64,000 nucleotides of DNA from assembly GCA_039028615.1 (NCBI GenBank), contig JBCCHT010000018.1, positions 128,001-192,000 on the forward strand, in the 5' to 3' direction. Below, one piece after another: positions 10,006 through 17,994 of the stretch. A model generated the notes under the pieces. That model was given only the letters and a program-made list of their open reading frames with translations, did not search any database and was not told the DNA's origin. Each line of letters starts with the position of its first letter. The first letter of the stretch is position 1. This DNA comes from Myxococcota bacterium (GTDB lineage: Bacteria > Myxococcota_A > Polyangia > Nannocystales > Nannocystaceae). A program made the position numbers and the translations under genes.

Positions 10006-10991
10006 ACTCCGCAGCCGCCAAACTCGAGCCCCTCGACCTCGATCTCGTCGACAACGAGCCCGCCATCGAGCAGTTTCGGCACGACGTGCTGGATGCCCTG
10101 AGCCGCTCCTCGCAAAAGGAGCTGCCCACCCAGTACCTCTACGACGAGCGCGGATCGGCCCTGTTCGACCAGATCTGCGAGCTCCCCGAGTACTACCCCA
10201 CGCGCACCGAGATGGCGATCATGGAGCGCGACGCCGCGGCCATGGCCAAGGCCATCGGCCCCGGGGCGCTGGTCATCGAGTACGGCAGCGGGAGCAGCAT
10301 CAAGACCCGTCGCCTGCTCGAGCAGCTGCCCGACCCGGCCGGCTGCGTGCTGGTCGACATCTCGCGCGAGCACCTGCTGCGCTCGGCCGAGAACCTCGCC
10401 GCGCTCTTTCCCCATGTCGAGGTGCTGCCGGTCTGTGCCGACTTCACCCAGCCCTTCGACATCCCCACGCCGCGCGCCACGGTGCAGCGCCGCGTCGTCT
10501 ACTTCCCCGGCTCGACCATCGGCAACTTCCTGCCCAGCCACGCCTCGCGCCTGCTCGCGCAGATGGCCGACCAGGTCGGTCCCGACGGCGGCCTGCTGAT
10601 CGGCACCGATCTCCGCAAGGACCCGGCCGTGCTCGAGGCCGCCTACAACGACGCGCAGGGGGTTACCGCCGCGTTCAACCTGAACCTGCTGCGGCGCATC
10701 AATCGTGAGCTCGGGGCCGACTTCGACCTCGACGGCTTCGAGCACAAGGCCGTGTACGACGAAGAGCTCGGGCGCATCGAGATGCTGCTCATCAGCCGTC
10801 GCGTGCAGGTGGTGACCGTCGCCGGTCGGCGCTTCTCCTTCGATCGCGGCGAGACGATCCGAACCGAGTACTCGCACAAGTACGCGGTCGAGGGCTTCGC
10901 TCGCATGGCGAGCAAGGTCGGCTTCGTGCAGCCGCAGGTCTGGACCGACCCGAACGACTTGTTCGCGGTGCACCTGCTGCGCCGCGGCTGA
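10002..10991 (+). CDS. egtD: L-histidine N-alpha-methyltransferase EgtD
   Basis: YLYDERGSALFDQICELPEYYPTRTE, EYGSGSSIKT, GSTIGNF, AYNDAQGVTAAFNLN, TEYSHKY; ATGA overlap with egtB. Confidence 0.96.
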   Translation: MNSAAAKLEPLDLDLVDNEPAIEQFRHDVLDALSRSSQKELPTQYLYDERGSALFDQICELPEYYPTRTEMAIMERDAAAMAKAIGPGALVIEYGSGSSIKTRRLLEQLPDPAGCVLVDISREHLLRSAENLAALFPHVEVLPVCADFTQPFDIPTPRATVQRRVVYFPGSTIGNFLPSHASRLLAQMADQVGPDGGLLIGTDLRKDPAVLEAAYNDAQGVTAAFNLNLLRRINRELGADFDLDGFEHKAVYDEELGRIEMLLISRRVQVVTVAGRRFSFDRGETIRTEYSHKYAVEGFARMASKVGFVQPQVWTDPNDLFAVHLLRRG

Positions 10992-11014
10992 TCACCGCGG
11001 CGCCCTCGGGGCGT

Positions 11015-11659
11015 TTAGCCGGCCGCGTTGGCTCGCAGCGCGGACGCGATCTCGATGAGCTCATCGGGATCGTGGCGCTTGCGGTAGCCGTCGAGGAACA
11101 CCTTGGCTCGGATCACCCCGTCGGCGTCGAGCACCAGCGTGCCCGGGTGCGGGATCTCGTTCTCTCCGTCTTCCAGACCGTAGGCGCGGATGGTGGCGCT
11201 ACCCTCGTCGGAGAGCAGGGGAAAGCCGATGTCCTTCATCTCGGAGAAGTCGGCCAGGGTCTCGACCGGGTCGTAGCTCACCGCGACGAGGGTGATGCCG
11301 GCGGCCTCGAGGCGGGGCAGGGCGTCGTGCAGCTTGACCAGCTGCCGTTTGCAGAAGGGTCACCAGTCGGCCGAGCGATAGAACACGATGGCGACGAGGC
11401 GGTCCTTGCCCAGCCACTCGTCGAGGCTGCGGGTCTTGCCGCTCTGGTCGGCCAAGGAAAACGCGGGAGCACGCTCGCCCACCGCGACGCCGGGGCCCTC
11501 GGTGGGGACGGGGGCGGCGGGAGTGCCGGCCGCCGCTTCGTCGTCCTGGCTTTGAACGCCGTTCGGAGAGGCAGACGCGGGAGAGCCCGCGGCGGAGGGC
11601 GGTGACGAGCAGGCGCCCAGGGCGAGGGCGAGGAGAGTCGGCGGGAGAAGTAGGCGCAT
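11015..11659 (-). CDS. AhpC/TSA (redoxin, peroxiredoxin-like) lipoprotein selenoprotein; UGA at 11362-11360 read as Sec (U100-P-F-C103)
   Basis: Track ORFs 11360..11677 and 11015..11281 are in the same frame and join across one TGA: GERAPAFSLADQSG...IVFYRSADW-U-PFCKRQL...LVAVSYD...FPLLSD...PHPGTLVLDADGVIR; lipobox LGAC. Confidence 0.9.
11329..11362 (-). promoter_or_regulatory. Candidate bacterial SECIS hairpin
   Basis: mRNA reads UGA-CCCUUCUGCAAACG-GCAGCU-GGUCA-AGCUGC: a 6-bp stem whose loop starts with GG, 20 nt after the UGA. Confidence 0.7.
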
Positions 11660-11831
11660 CGGCAAAACGTCGCTCACCCAGCCATACGCCGGTTTCGCGC
11701 CACGGTTTCATCCCCGCGGCCAATGAGGCGGTCTCGCGCATTCGCGAGGAGTGAGCACGCTCTCGGATTGTTTGCTCGCGCCGCGTCCGATCGGCGGCGC
11801 TCACCGTCGAGGGACCTTCGTGCCCCGCCCG

Positions 11832-12320
11832 ATGAAGACCGACATGACCGCGACGACCGCCGTCGCTCTGCTCACTGTGGCCGCTGTGCTCGCGTGTGCG
11901 AGCGGCCAGGGGCGAGACCGGGGGGTGGCGGCGAATCGCGGTCAGGAGGCGGCTGAGGAGCCCACATGCCCCGATGACGAGGCGGTCGTCGAGCACGACC
12001 GAGCGCCTGTGATCGCATCAGCCTCCGCATCGGACGAGGCCGAGCCCTGCGCGGCGGTCGAGTGGTGGTTCCAAGCGCCGTGGCCCACGCCCGCCGCCGA
12101 CTCCGTCAACTGCCTCGTCACCACGCTCCCGGAGGACACCCGAGGCTTCGTGTGGAGCAACAACTGGTACGTGCAGCCCGACTCCGACCATCACTGCCCC
12201 GTCGGCAACTTCGATGGTGCGAACTGCTACGTGGGCTCGGCCCCCGCGGGAACGGCTGCGTTCGTGTGGGAGGGCAAGGCCTACTTCACGCCGCAGCGGC
12301 GCCCGGAGGCGCGCGGCTGA
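11832..12320 (+). CDS. Hypothetical Cys/Trp-rich lipoprotein
   Basis: Lipobox VLAC; two related FVW-containing modules; HCPVGNFDGANCYVG; start could also be GTG 11820. Confidence 0.7.
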   Translation: MKTDMTATTAVALLTVAAVLACASGQGRDRGVAANRGQEAAEEPTCPDDEAVVEHDRAPVIASASASDEAEPCAAVEWWFQAPWPTPAADSVNCLVTTLPEDTRGFVWSNNWYVQPDSDHHCPVGNFDGANCYVGSAPAGTAAFVWEGKAYFTPQRRPEARG

Positions 12321-12369
12321 CCGCTTGATTTTCCGAGGGAGCTCGCGTCTGGGGAGCCGCGAGCTCGAT

Positions 12370-12445
12370 GCCCTCGCCGCGGGCTTCCCCCTGGGCACGC
12401 CTCGTTTGGGTGGCGGCTCGGTCGGGAGAAGTCCGTGGCGAGGGC
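12370..12445. terminator. Long inverted repeat between convergent genes
   Basis: GCCCTCGCCGCGGGCTTC (12370-12387) pairs with GAAGTCCGTGGCGAGGGC (12428-12445), two G-U pairs. Confidence 0.5.
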
Positions 12446-12481
12446 CCTACGGGCCCGTGCGAGGGAGAGAAGACTGAAGGC

Positions 12482-13168
12482 TCAGACGGTGGGCCAGACC
12501 CGGCGGATCTCTTCGCAAGCGGCTCCGATGTCTCGCCATCGGCGGCGGTATCCATGCGGAGCGGTGAGCACTCGGCCCGCGAACACGTCGACCACGATGC
12601 AGGCGTCTTCGCTGACCTTGCCGCGGTCGCTCATCTGCTGCATCGCATACATGCGCAGCAGGGTCGCGACATATTGCGCGGAGGCTTCGGTGTGCGGATG
12701 ACTCTTGGGGAAGTGCAGCTTGATCGCGCCCACCACCGGGCGGCCGCGCGAGTCGTCGCCCTCGAGCACGATGTCGGGATAGACGCTCACGTCGACGCCT
12801 TCGACCTCGAGCTTCACGTGCTGCGGCAGCGTGATGGCATTGAGCCCGCGAAGATCGATGAGCGGCTCGAGATCGAGGAAGCGCAGCACCGCCTCGGCAC
12901 AGCCGTGGGCGCGATGCATCGCATAGCTCGACTCATAGGGGCCTTCGACGATCTGTTCGGCGCGCGCCAGCAGTGCACCGCGATCGATGCGGCCGACGAT
13001 GAAGTCGACGATGGCGGCACGCGCATGCTCGTAATAGGCCCCGATATATGAACAAGGGTACTTTTGCCGCTCGATGATGCACTGACGCCTCAATGGGGGC
13101 GACACGAGATACTCACCGAGTTTGTTGGCAGATATGCGTGGATTCAATCGAACGATCTGCTCGGACAT
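12482..13168 (-). CDS. Hypothetical protein, possible PD-(D/E)XK-like fold
   Basis: 228 aa; GGAGG RBS; own sigma70-like promoter; VSVYPDIVL...GAIKLHF resembles a PD...xxK core. Confidence 0.8.
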   Translation of the reverse strand: MSEQIVRLNPRISANKLGEYLVSPPLRRQCIIERQKYPCSYIGAYYEHARAAIVDFIVGRIDRGALLARAEQIVEGPYESSYAMHRAHGCAEAVLRFLDLEPLIDLRGLNAITLPQHVKLEVEGVDVSVYPDIVLEGDDSRGRPVVGAIKLHFPKSHPHTEASAQYVATLLRMYAMQQMSDRGKVSEDACIVVDVFAGRVLTAPHGYRRRWRDIGAACEEIRRVWPTV

Positions 13169-13218
13169 GGATCCTCCATGGCCCGCTAAAACTGCGAACT
13201 ATCGCGAACTACGTTGAT

Positions 13219-13250
13219 CTAAACGTACGCTGAGCACCTGTTCAGGTCAA
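13219..13250 (-). promoter_or_regulatory. Sigma70-like promoter overlapped by a candidate LexA box
   Basis: Minus strand TTGACC (13250-13245)-17 bp-TACGTT (13227-13222); CTGAGCACCTGTTCAGG (13230-13246) fits the Myxococcus LexA consensus CTRHAMRYBYGTTCAGS (recalled) at 16 of 17 positions. Confidence 0.65.
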
Positions 13251-13427
13251 GAAAATGATCACGATTCAATGGGAACATTCTTCACATGCTCGATCCTGAC
13301 AGTGACTGTCAGGATCCGAAATCGCGCTGGGTTCGAATGTGCTTCGGCCCGGCTTCGCCCCCAGTGAGTGGGAGGCGGGCCGGGCCGAAGTGTGGCGACT
13401 TTGTTCGTCGCGCGAAAACCAGACTCG

Positions 13428-14831
13428 CTACGCGAGCAGCTGCGGCAGCGGATCCTTGGGCAGCGAGGGGTCGCCGAAGTCGTCGAGGTCGCCCCCGGAC
13501 GCGTTGCGCAGGCCCGCCGCGGTACCGATCATGTTGAGCAGCTGGCAGTGCGTGCCGACGCCGTCGGCCCGCACGTACTGCCCGGTGCGGAAGTACTCGT
13601 TGGCCGAGCCGCCCAGGATGTAGGGCAGGTTGAGCGACGAGTGGCTGGGACCCTGCGACTGGTCGTTGTGCCACACGGCCACGCCCGCATCGAGCAGCCG
13701 ACCCTGCGGCAAGGGGTAGTTGGCCAGGCGCTCCATGAGGTAGCGGAAGGTCTGGGCGAACTGCCGGTCGACCATCGAATGCAGCAGGTCGGAGTCGGGA
13801 ATGATCGCTCCGTCGGCACCGTGCGACTCTCGGCGGTGCGAGATGTAGTGGTAGTTCTCCATCGCCTCGCCCGTGTCGAGGTTGCGATAGCGCGTGGTGC
13901 CGTCGTTGCCGTTGCCGATCTGGATCGACACCGAGCGGGTATAGCCACAGGCCACGGAGAGCACCGCGACGTCGATGTGGGCTCGCACGGCGGCGAGCAC
14001 TTGGTCGCCGTCGGTGCTCTCGTAGCCCGCCGCGGCTCCGTCGAGCGCAGCCTCTTCGTCGGCGGTGAGCATGCATGACAGCGTGCCCTCGAGGTCGCGA
14101 ATGGCCGAGCGGTGGAGCTCGAGCCGGTCGAGGTCGTTGGCCGACAGCCGGGGGTTGGCCATGAGCGCGGCCATCTGCTCGCGGACGAGGTCGTTGACGC
14201 TCTGGCGACGCTCGACCAGCATGTCGCTCAGGCTCTCGCCGTCGATGCCCGTGACCAGCGCGTAGGCGTTGACCGGGTTGTGCAGCGGAGCACGGCGGTC
14301 GCCCGCGGCCCGGTAGGACTGGCACGCGCCGCCCATCCAGCCCGCGTTGAGGCCGGCGTACAGGAACAGCGACTCGCGCCCGTCGGGGTTGAGCTCGCGA
14401 CCGATGCGGTTGTCGATGGACTCGCCGGCCGCGTCGGCCTCACCACCCGAGCCGATGACGGTGGGACCCATCGCGGTCAGGCCTTGCAGCACGCCGCGAG
14501 CATGGCCGTCACCGTAGTCGAAGGGCGCCGCGTCGACCCCGACGGCGAGGACGTCGTTGAGGTAGCCGTCGAGTTCTTCGAGGGTTCGACCGGCGACGCT
14601 CTGCGGGCTGAGCAAGCCCTCGGAGCTGGGCCAGAAGCGCTCCGGCTCGTCACCGACGTCGGTGCTCTGCGCGGACGCGACCCCGTTGGCCTGCCGCATG
14701 AAAATGGCAAAGGGCTGCACCAGGGCCTCGCCCGCAGTCGCTTCCTTGGCCGATCGCAGCCCCTCCAGGAAGGGGAGCGAAAGAGAGAGGCCTCCAAGGC
14801 CCTTGAGGACCGTTCGACGATGCATCTTCAT
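13428..14831 (-). CDS. DUF1552 (HXXSHH-type) Tat-exported protein
   Basis: RRTVLKGLGG...LPFLE Tat-like N-terminus; DLDRLELHRSAIRDLE; YHYISH; LPYILGGS; coupled to the DUF1592 gene. Confidence 0.88.
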   Translation of the reverse strand: MKMHRRTVLKGLGGLSLSLPFLEGLRSAKEATAGEALVQPFAIFMRQANGVASAQSTDVGDEPERFWPSSEGLLSPQSVAGRTLEELDGYLNDVLAVGVDAAPFDYGDGHARGVLQGLTAMGPTVIGSGGEADAAGESIDNRIGRELNPDGRESLFLYAGLNAGWMGGACQSYRAAGDRRAPLHNPVNAYALVTGIDGESLSDMLVERRQSVNDLVREQMAALMANPRLSANDLDRLELHRSAIRDLEGTLSCMLTADEEAALDGAAAGYESTDGDQVLAAVRAHIDVAVLSVACGYTRSVSIQIGNGNDGTTRYRNLDTGEAMENYHYISHRRESHGADGAIIPDSDLLHSMVDRQFAQTFRYLMERLANYPLPQGRLLDAGVAVWHNDQSQGPSHSSLNLPYILGGSANEYFRTGQYVRADGVGTHCQLLNMIGTAAGLRNASGGDLDDFGDPSLPKDPLPQLLA

Positions 14832-16552
14832 TACTGCATCTCCTCTGTGGAGCGGGTGAGGAAGGGGCGGGAGGTGGCGAACTCGACCAGCAGTTCCTTG
14901 ACGCTGGCGTCTTCGACCGACGCGGTGGCCAAGCGATCGACCAGCGCCTCGTCGAGGTCATCGTAGGGTCGGCCCATCGTGTATTCCGTCCAGTGTTCGA
15001 GATAGCACTGGTGGACTTGCTCGTCGGTGGCCATGGCTTCGGCCAGGTCGACGGCGTTGCTGACCTCGACGGCGCCGCTGGCCAGCGCCACCGTGGCGCT
15101 GGCGTCGACGGTCTGCCCGTTGTCCTCGGTGCGGAAGGCTCCGGTCGAGTCGTAGTTCTCGTAGGGGAAGCCGAAGGGGTTGATGAGCGGCTTGTGACAG
15201 CCCAGGCACTCGGTGCCGGGCGCCTCGGTGTGGGCGATGACCGTCTCGCGGTTGGTCGCATCGGGGTCACCCTCGGGCACGGGGGGGACCGTGTCGGGGG
15301 GCGCGGCGATGGAGTGACACGCGATGTGCCGCGCGAGGTAGGCCCCGCGGTGAATCGGGTCGGGGTGGACCGAGGTCGCGTTGGCGACGAGGAACCCGAT
15401 CTGGGTGAACAGGCCGCGGCGCTCGTTGGGATCGAGGTCGACGCGGGTGAACTCATCGCCGAAGTCTCCGCTCAACCCGTAGATCGCAGCGAGGTCCGCG
15501 TTGACGTAGGTCTCGGTGGAGGTCAGCAGGTCACCCCACGAGCCGTCGTTGTCGAAGACGGTGTGGGCGAGGAACAGGTCGTGCTCTTGCACCGCGAGGT
15601 CGCCGAGGTTCTCGGGCGCATCGGGGTAGAAGGCGGGCGACGGCGCGGTCTGCTGGAACTTCTCGACCTCGAGCAGGGTGTGGTGGAACTTCTGCACCAC
15701 CATATGGGCCCGGGGGTTCTCGAGCAGGCGACGGGCTTGCTCTTGCACGCGGTCGGGATCTTCGAGCTCGCCCGCCTCGGCCAGATCGAGCAGTTCGTCG
15801 TCGGGCATGGTGTCGAGCAGGAAGTAGGAGATCCGCGACGCGACCTCCCAGGAGTTCAGCGGGATGACGCCGTCGACGATCTCCTCGCTGGTCTCGGACC
15901 GGTACAGGAAGTTGGGCGACTGGAGGATGGCCTCGAGTACGAGTCGGACGCCCGCGGCGAAGCCCGTGGTCTCTTCGTAGAGCTCGGGGCCGCGGTTGAA
16001 CAGCTCGACGTACTGGGTCGCTTCGGCGTCGGTCAGGGGGCGACGGAAGGCGCGGCGACCAAAGTTGCGGATGAACTCCGCCGCGCGGGTCGTCTCGTCG
16101 CCCGTATCCGGAGCGATGAACTCGAGGATGCTGGGGTCGGAGGCCGCGATCTCGGCCATATCGACCGCCGCGCGCTGATACCCGGACCACAACGCCTCGT
16201 CGACCTCGAGCGAAGTCGCGTTGTTGTCGAACAGGAACCCGCCCTCACGGGCATCCGCCCGGAAGTCGGCCGACAAACCCGAGGGCTCGTCGAGGTCGAA
16301 TAGATCTTGGACCGTGTTCTCCCACTGCACGTGGGTCAGCCGGAAGAACCGCGTGGTGGGAACCGGAAGCTCCTCCTCGGGGCCGAGCCCATCGGGGCCC
16401 TCGCCGTCGTCGTCACCACCATCGTCGGCGCCACCCTCACCGCCCGAAGCGACGCCGCCGTTCAACTCTTGGATCCCCGTATAGCAGCCGGTACTCACCC
16501 CTAGGGCCAGTACTAGCGCTGGGCCGATCGCGTACTTGTCACGCTTTGCCAT
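14831..16552 (-). CDS. DUF1587/1595/1592/1588/1585 multidomain lipoprotein
   Basis: RLTHVQWENTVQDL, FGRRAFRRPL, LQSPNFLYR, EVASRISYFL..MPDDEL, PIHRG, CLGCH haem-binding motif. Confidence 0.9.
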   Translation of the reverse strand: MAKRDKYAIGPALVLALGVSTGCYTGIQELNGGVASGGEGGADDGGDDDGEGPDGLGPEEELPVPTTRFFRLTHVQWENTVQDLFDLDEPSGLSADFRADAREGGFLFDNNATSLEVDEALWSGYQRAAVDMAEIAASDPSILEFIAPDTGDETTRAAEFIRNFGRRAFRRPLTDAEATQYVELFNRGPELYEETTGFAAGVRLVLEAILQSPNFLYRSETSEEIVDGVIPLNSWEVASRISYFLLDTMPDDELLDLAEAGELEDPDRVQEQARRLLENPRAHMVVQKFHHTLLEVEKFQQTAPSPAFYPDAPENLGDLAVQEHDLFLAHTVFDNDGSWGDLLTSTETYVNADLAAIYGLSGDFGDEFTRVDLDPNERRGLFTQIGFLVANATSVHPDPIHRGAYLARHIACHSIAAPPDTVPPVPEGDPDATNRETVIAHTEAPGTECLGCHKPLINPFGFPYENYDSTGAFRTEDNGQTVDASATVALASGAVEVSNAVDLAEAMATDEQVHQCYLEHWTEYTMGRPYDDLDEALVDRLATASVEDASVKELLVEFATSRPFLTRSTEEMQ

Positions 16553-17201
16553 TGTCACCCGTGCCCAATAGTTCCGACGAACAGCCCTTTTGTCCCGGGC
16601 AATTCCTAAGTGATTCCATGATTCAACCCGATTTCTTGGGGCTATGACTTACGTTCCGAACGAGGCCCGAATTGGGCTGTAGTGCCAGTGGGATCGGCCA
16701 CCAACCGATCCCGTAGATCGCCCTGAAACACCCGTTCCGCGGGCGTTTTTTCGGGGGTTTGCAGACGACGGGAGCAAAGATTTTGGGGGGCCGCGACCCC
16801 CCTACTTCGGCCCATCGGATGGGGTGGCAATCTGCCACTGATGATCAGAGGTGGGGAGCCTCGCCCCAGTCGATCTTCACACTGTCGATTTCGCAGTCCG
16901 AAACGCCCTGCGGGGACCGGGGTCGGTCGCCGAAACGGCTCCCGACGGCAGTCGAACTCGGACTCGTCCCGCCGCGTGGGGACGGCGGGGGTGCCCCGTG
17001 GATGCGCCCGCGTGATCGTAGCCAGGGTGTTAGCACGCGATCCCTCGCGCGCTCGCATTACGGTGTTCGCCGCGCCGTGATCCATCGCGTTGCCGCAGGG
17101 GTTGCAAAGGAGCCGACGCCCAACCATGCGATGATCGACGCCTTATGTTGACTTACTTTGGTTCGATCGTCCCCGTGGTCCAACGCCTCCGTCCTGGGGC
17201 C

Positions 17202-17987
17202 ATGGCGGGGTTGGTGGTGGTCTTGGGGAGTGCATGTCCGACGGAGGACGGCACCGCGGACGCGACGGGCAACGGGTCGGACGGGGGTGGGGGCTCGACC
17301 GTCGCCAGCGAACCGAGCGGCTCGAACACCTCGAGCGACTCGAATACCTCGGGGGTCTCCGATCCTACGGGGGACACGGGCCCGGGCGCGACCAGCCAGG
17401 GCGACAGCCTCGACGACGGCACGGTGACCGGCGACGACTTCACGGGCGCGCTGCCGTGCATGGGCGACTCGGTGGCTCCGCAGGCATCGACCCAGACGGT
17501 GACCCTGACCGTGGTCAACGACACGGCGCAGCCCGTCTTCGTCGCGGGGAAACCATCGGGGTGCACCCCCTTCGACGTGCTGCGCGACGGCCTCTCGCTG
17601 AGCTTCGAGCACAGCTATTTCTGCGGCTGCGAGTGCCCCAACCCCGGCATGGCGGGGCTGCAGGCGGTGGAGCTGCTGCCCGAAGGATCGTTTCAGATCA
17701 CCTGGGATGCGCGGGCGATGGTCACCTTCAATCGGCGCGAGGAGTGCTTCGAGGACGGCTCGTGCTTCGAAGACGAGGACGGCGCGCTGCAGCCGGTAGA
17801 GCCGGGCTCGGTCACCGTGCGTGTGCCCCTGTTCGGAGAGGCCGGCTCCACGTCGCAGGGCGAAGCCCGGCTGCCCTTCCAGGAAGCCTGCTGGTCGCAG
17901 ATGTCCTTCGACGTCGTCTTCGATCTCGGCAAAGACGACGTCGACCTGATGGTCCCGCTCAGCGGCGTGACCATCAACGAGCGGTGA
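17202..17987 (+). CDS. Hypothetical Cys-containing lipoprotein
   Basis: Lipobox GSAC; S/T/G/D-rich linker; FCGCECP; start uncertain. Confidence 0.7.
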   Translation: MAGLVVVLGSACPTEDGTADATGNGSDGGGGSTVASEPSGSNTSSDSNTSGVSDPTGDTGPGATSQGDSLDDGTVTGDDFTGALPCMGDSVAPQASTQTVTLTVVNDTAQPVFVAGKPSGCTPFDVLRDGLSLSFEHSYFCGCECPNPGMAGLQAVELLPEGSFQITWDARAMVTFNRREECFEDGSCFEDEDGALQPVEPGSVTVRVPLFGEAGSTSQGEARLPFQEACWSQMSFDVVFDLGKDDVDLMVPLSGVTINER

Positions 17988-17994
17988 GGCGCCG

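Noticed and set aside
8692..10991. Selenoneine (senABC) cluster
   Set aside because: No SenB glycosyltransferase or SelD/SenC gene nearby; coupling to egtD fits ordinary ergothioneine synthesis.
11015..11677. Pseudogene or two small separate ORFs
   Set aside because: The only stop is a TGA at the catalytic Cys position with a SECIS-like hairpin, and both halves are otherwise intact.
16553..17201. ncRNA or small genes in the 650-bp divergent intergenic region
   Set aside because: Only short hairpins and AT-richer promoter-like patches; the track ORFs here lack coding-like composition.
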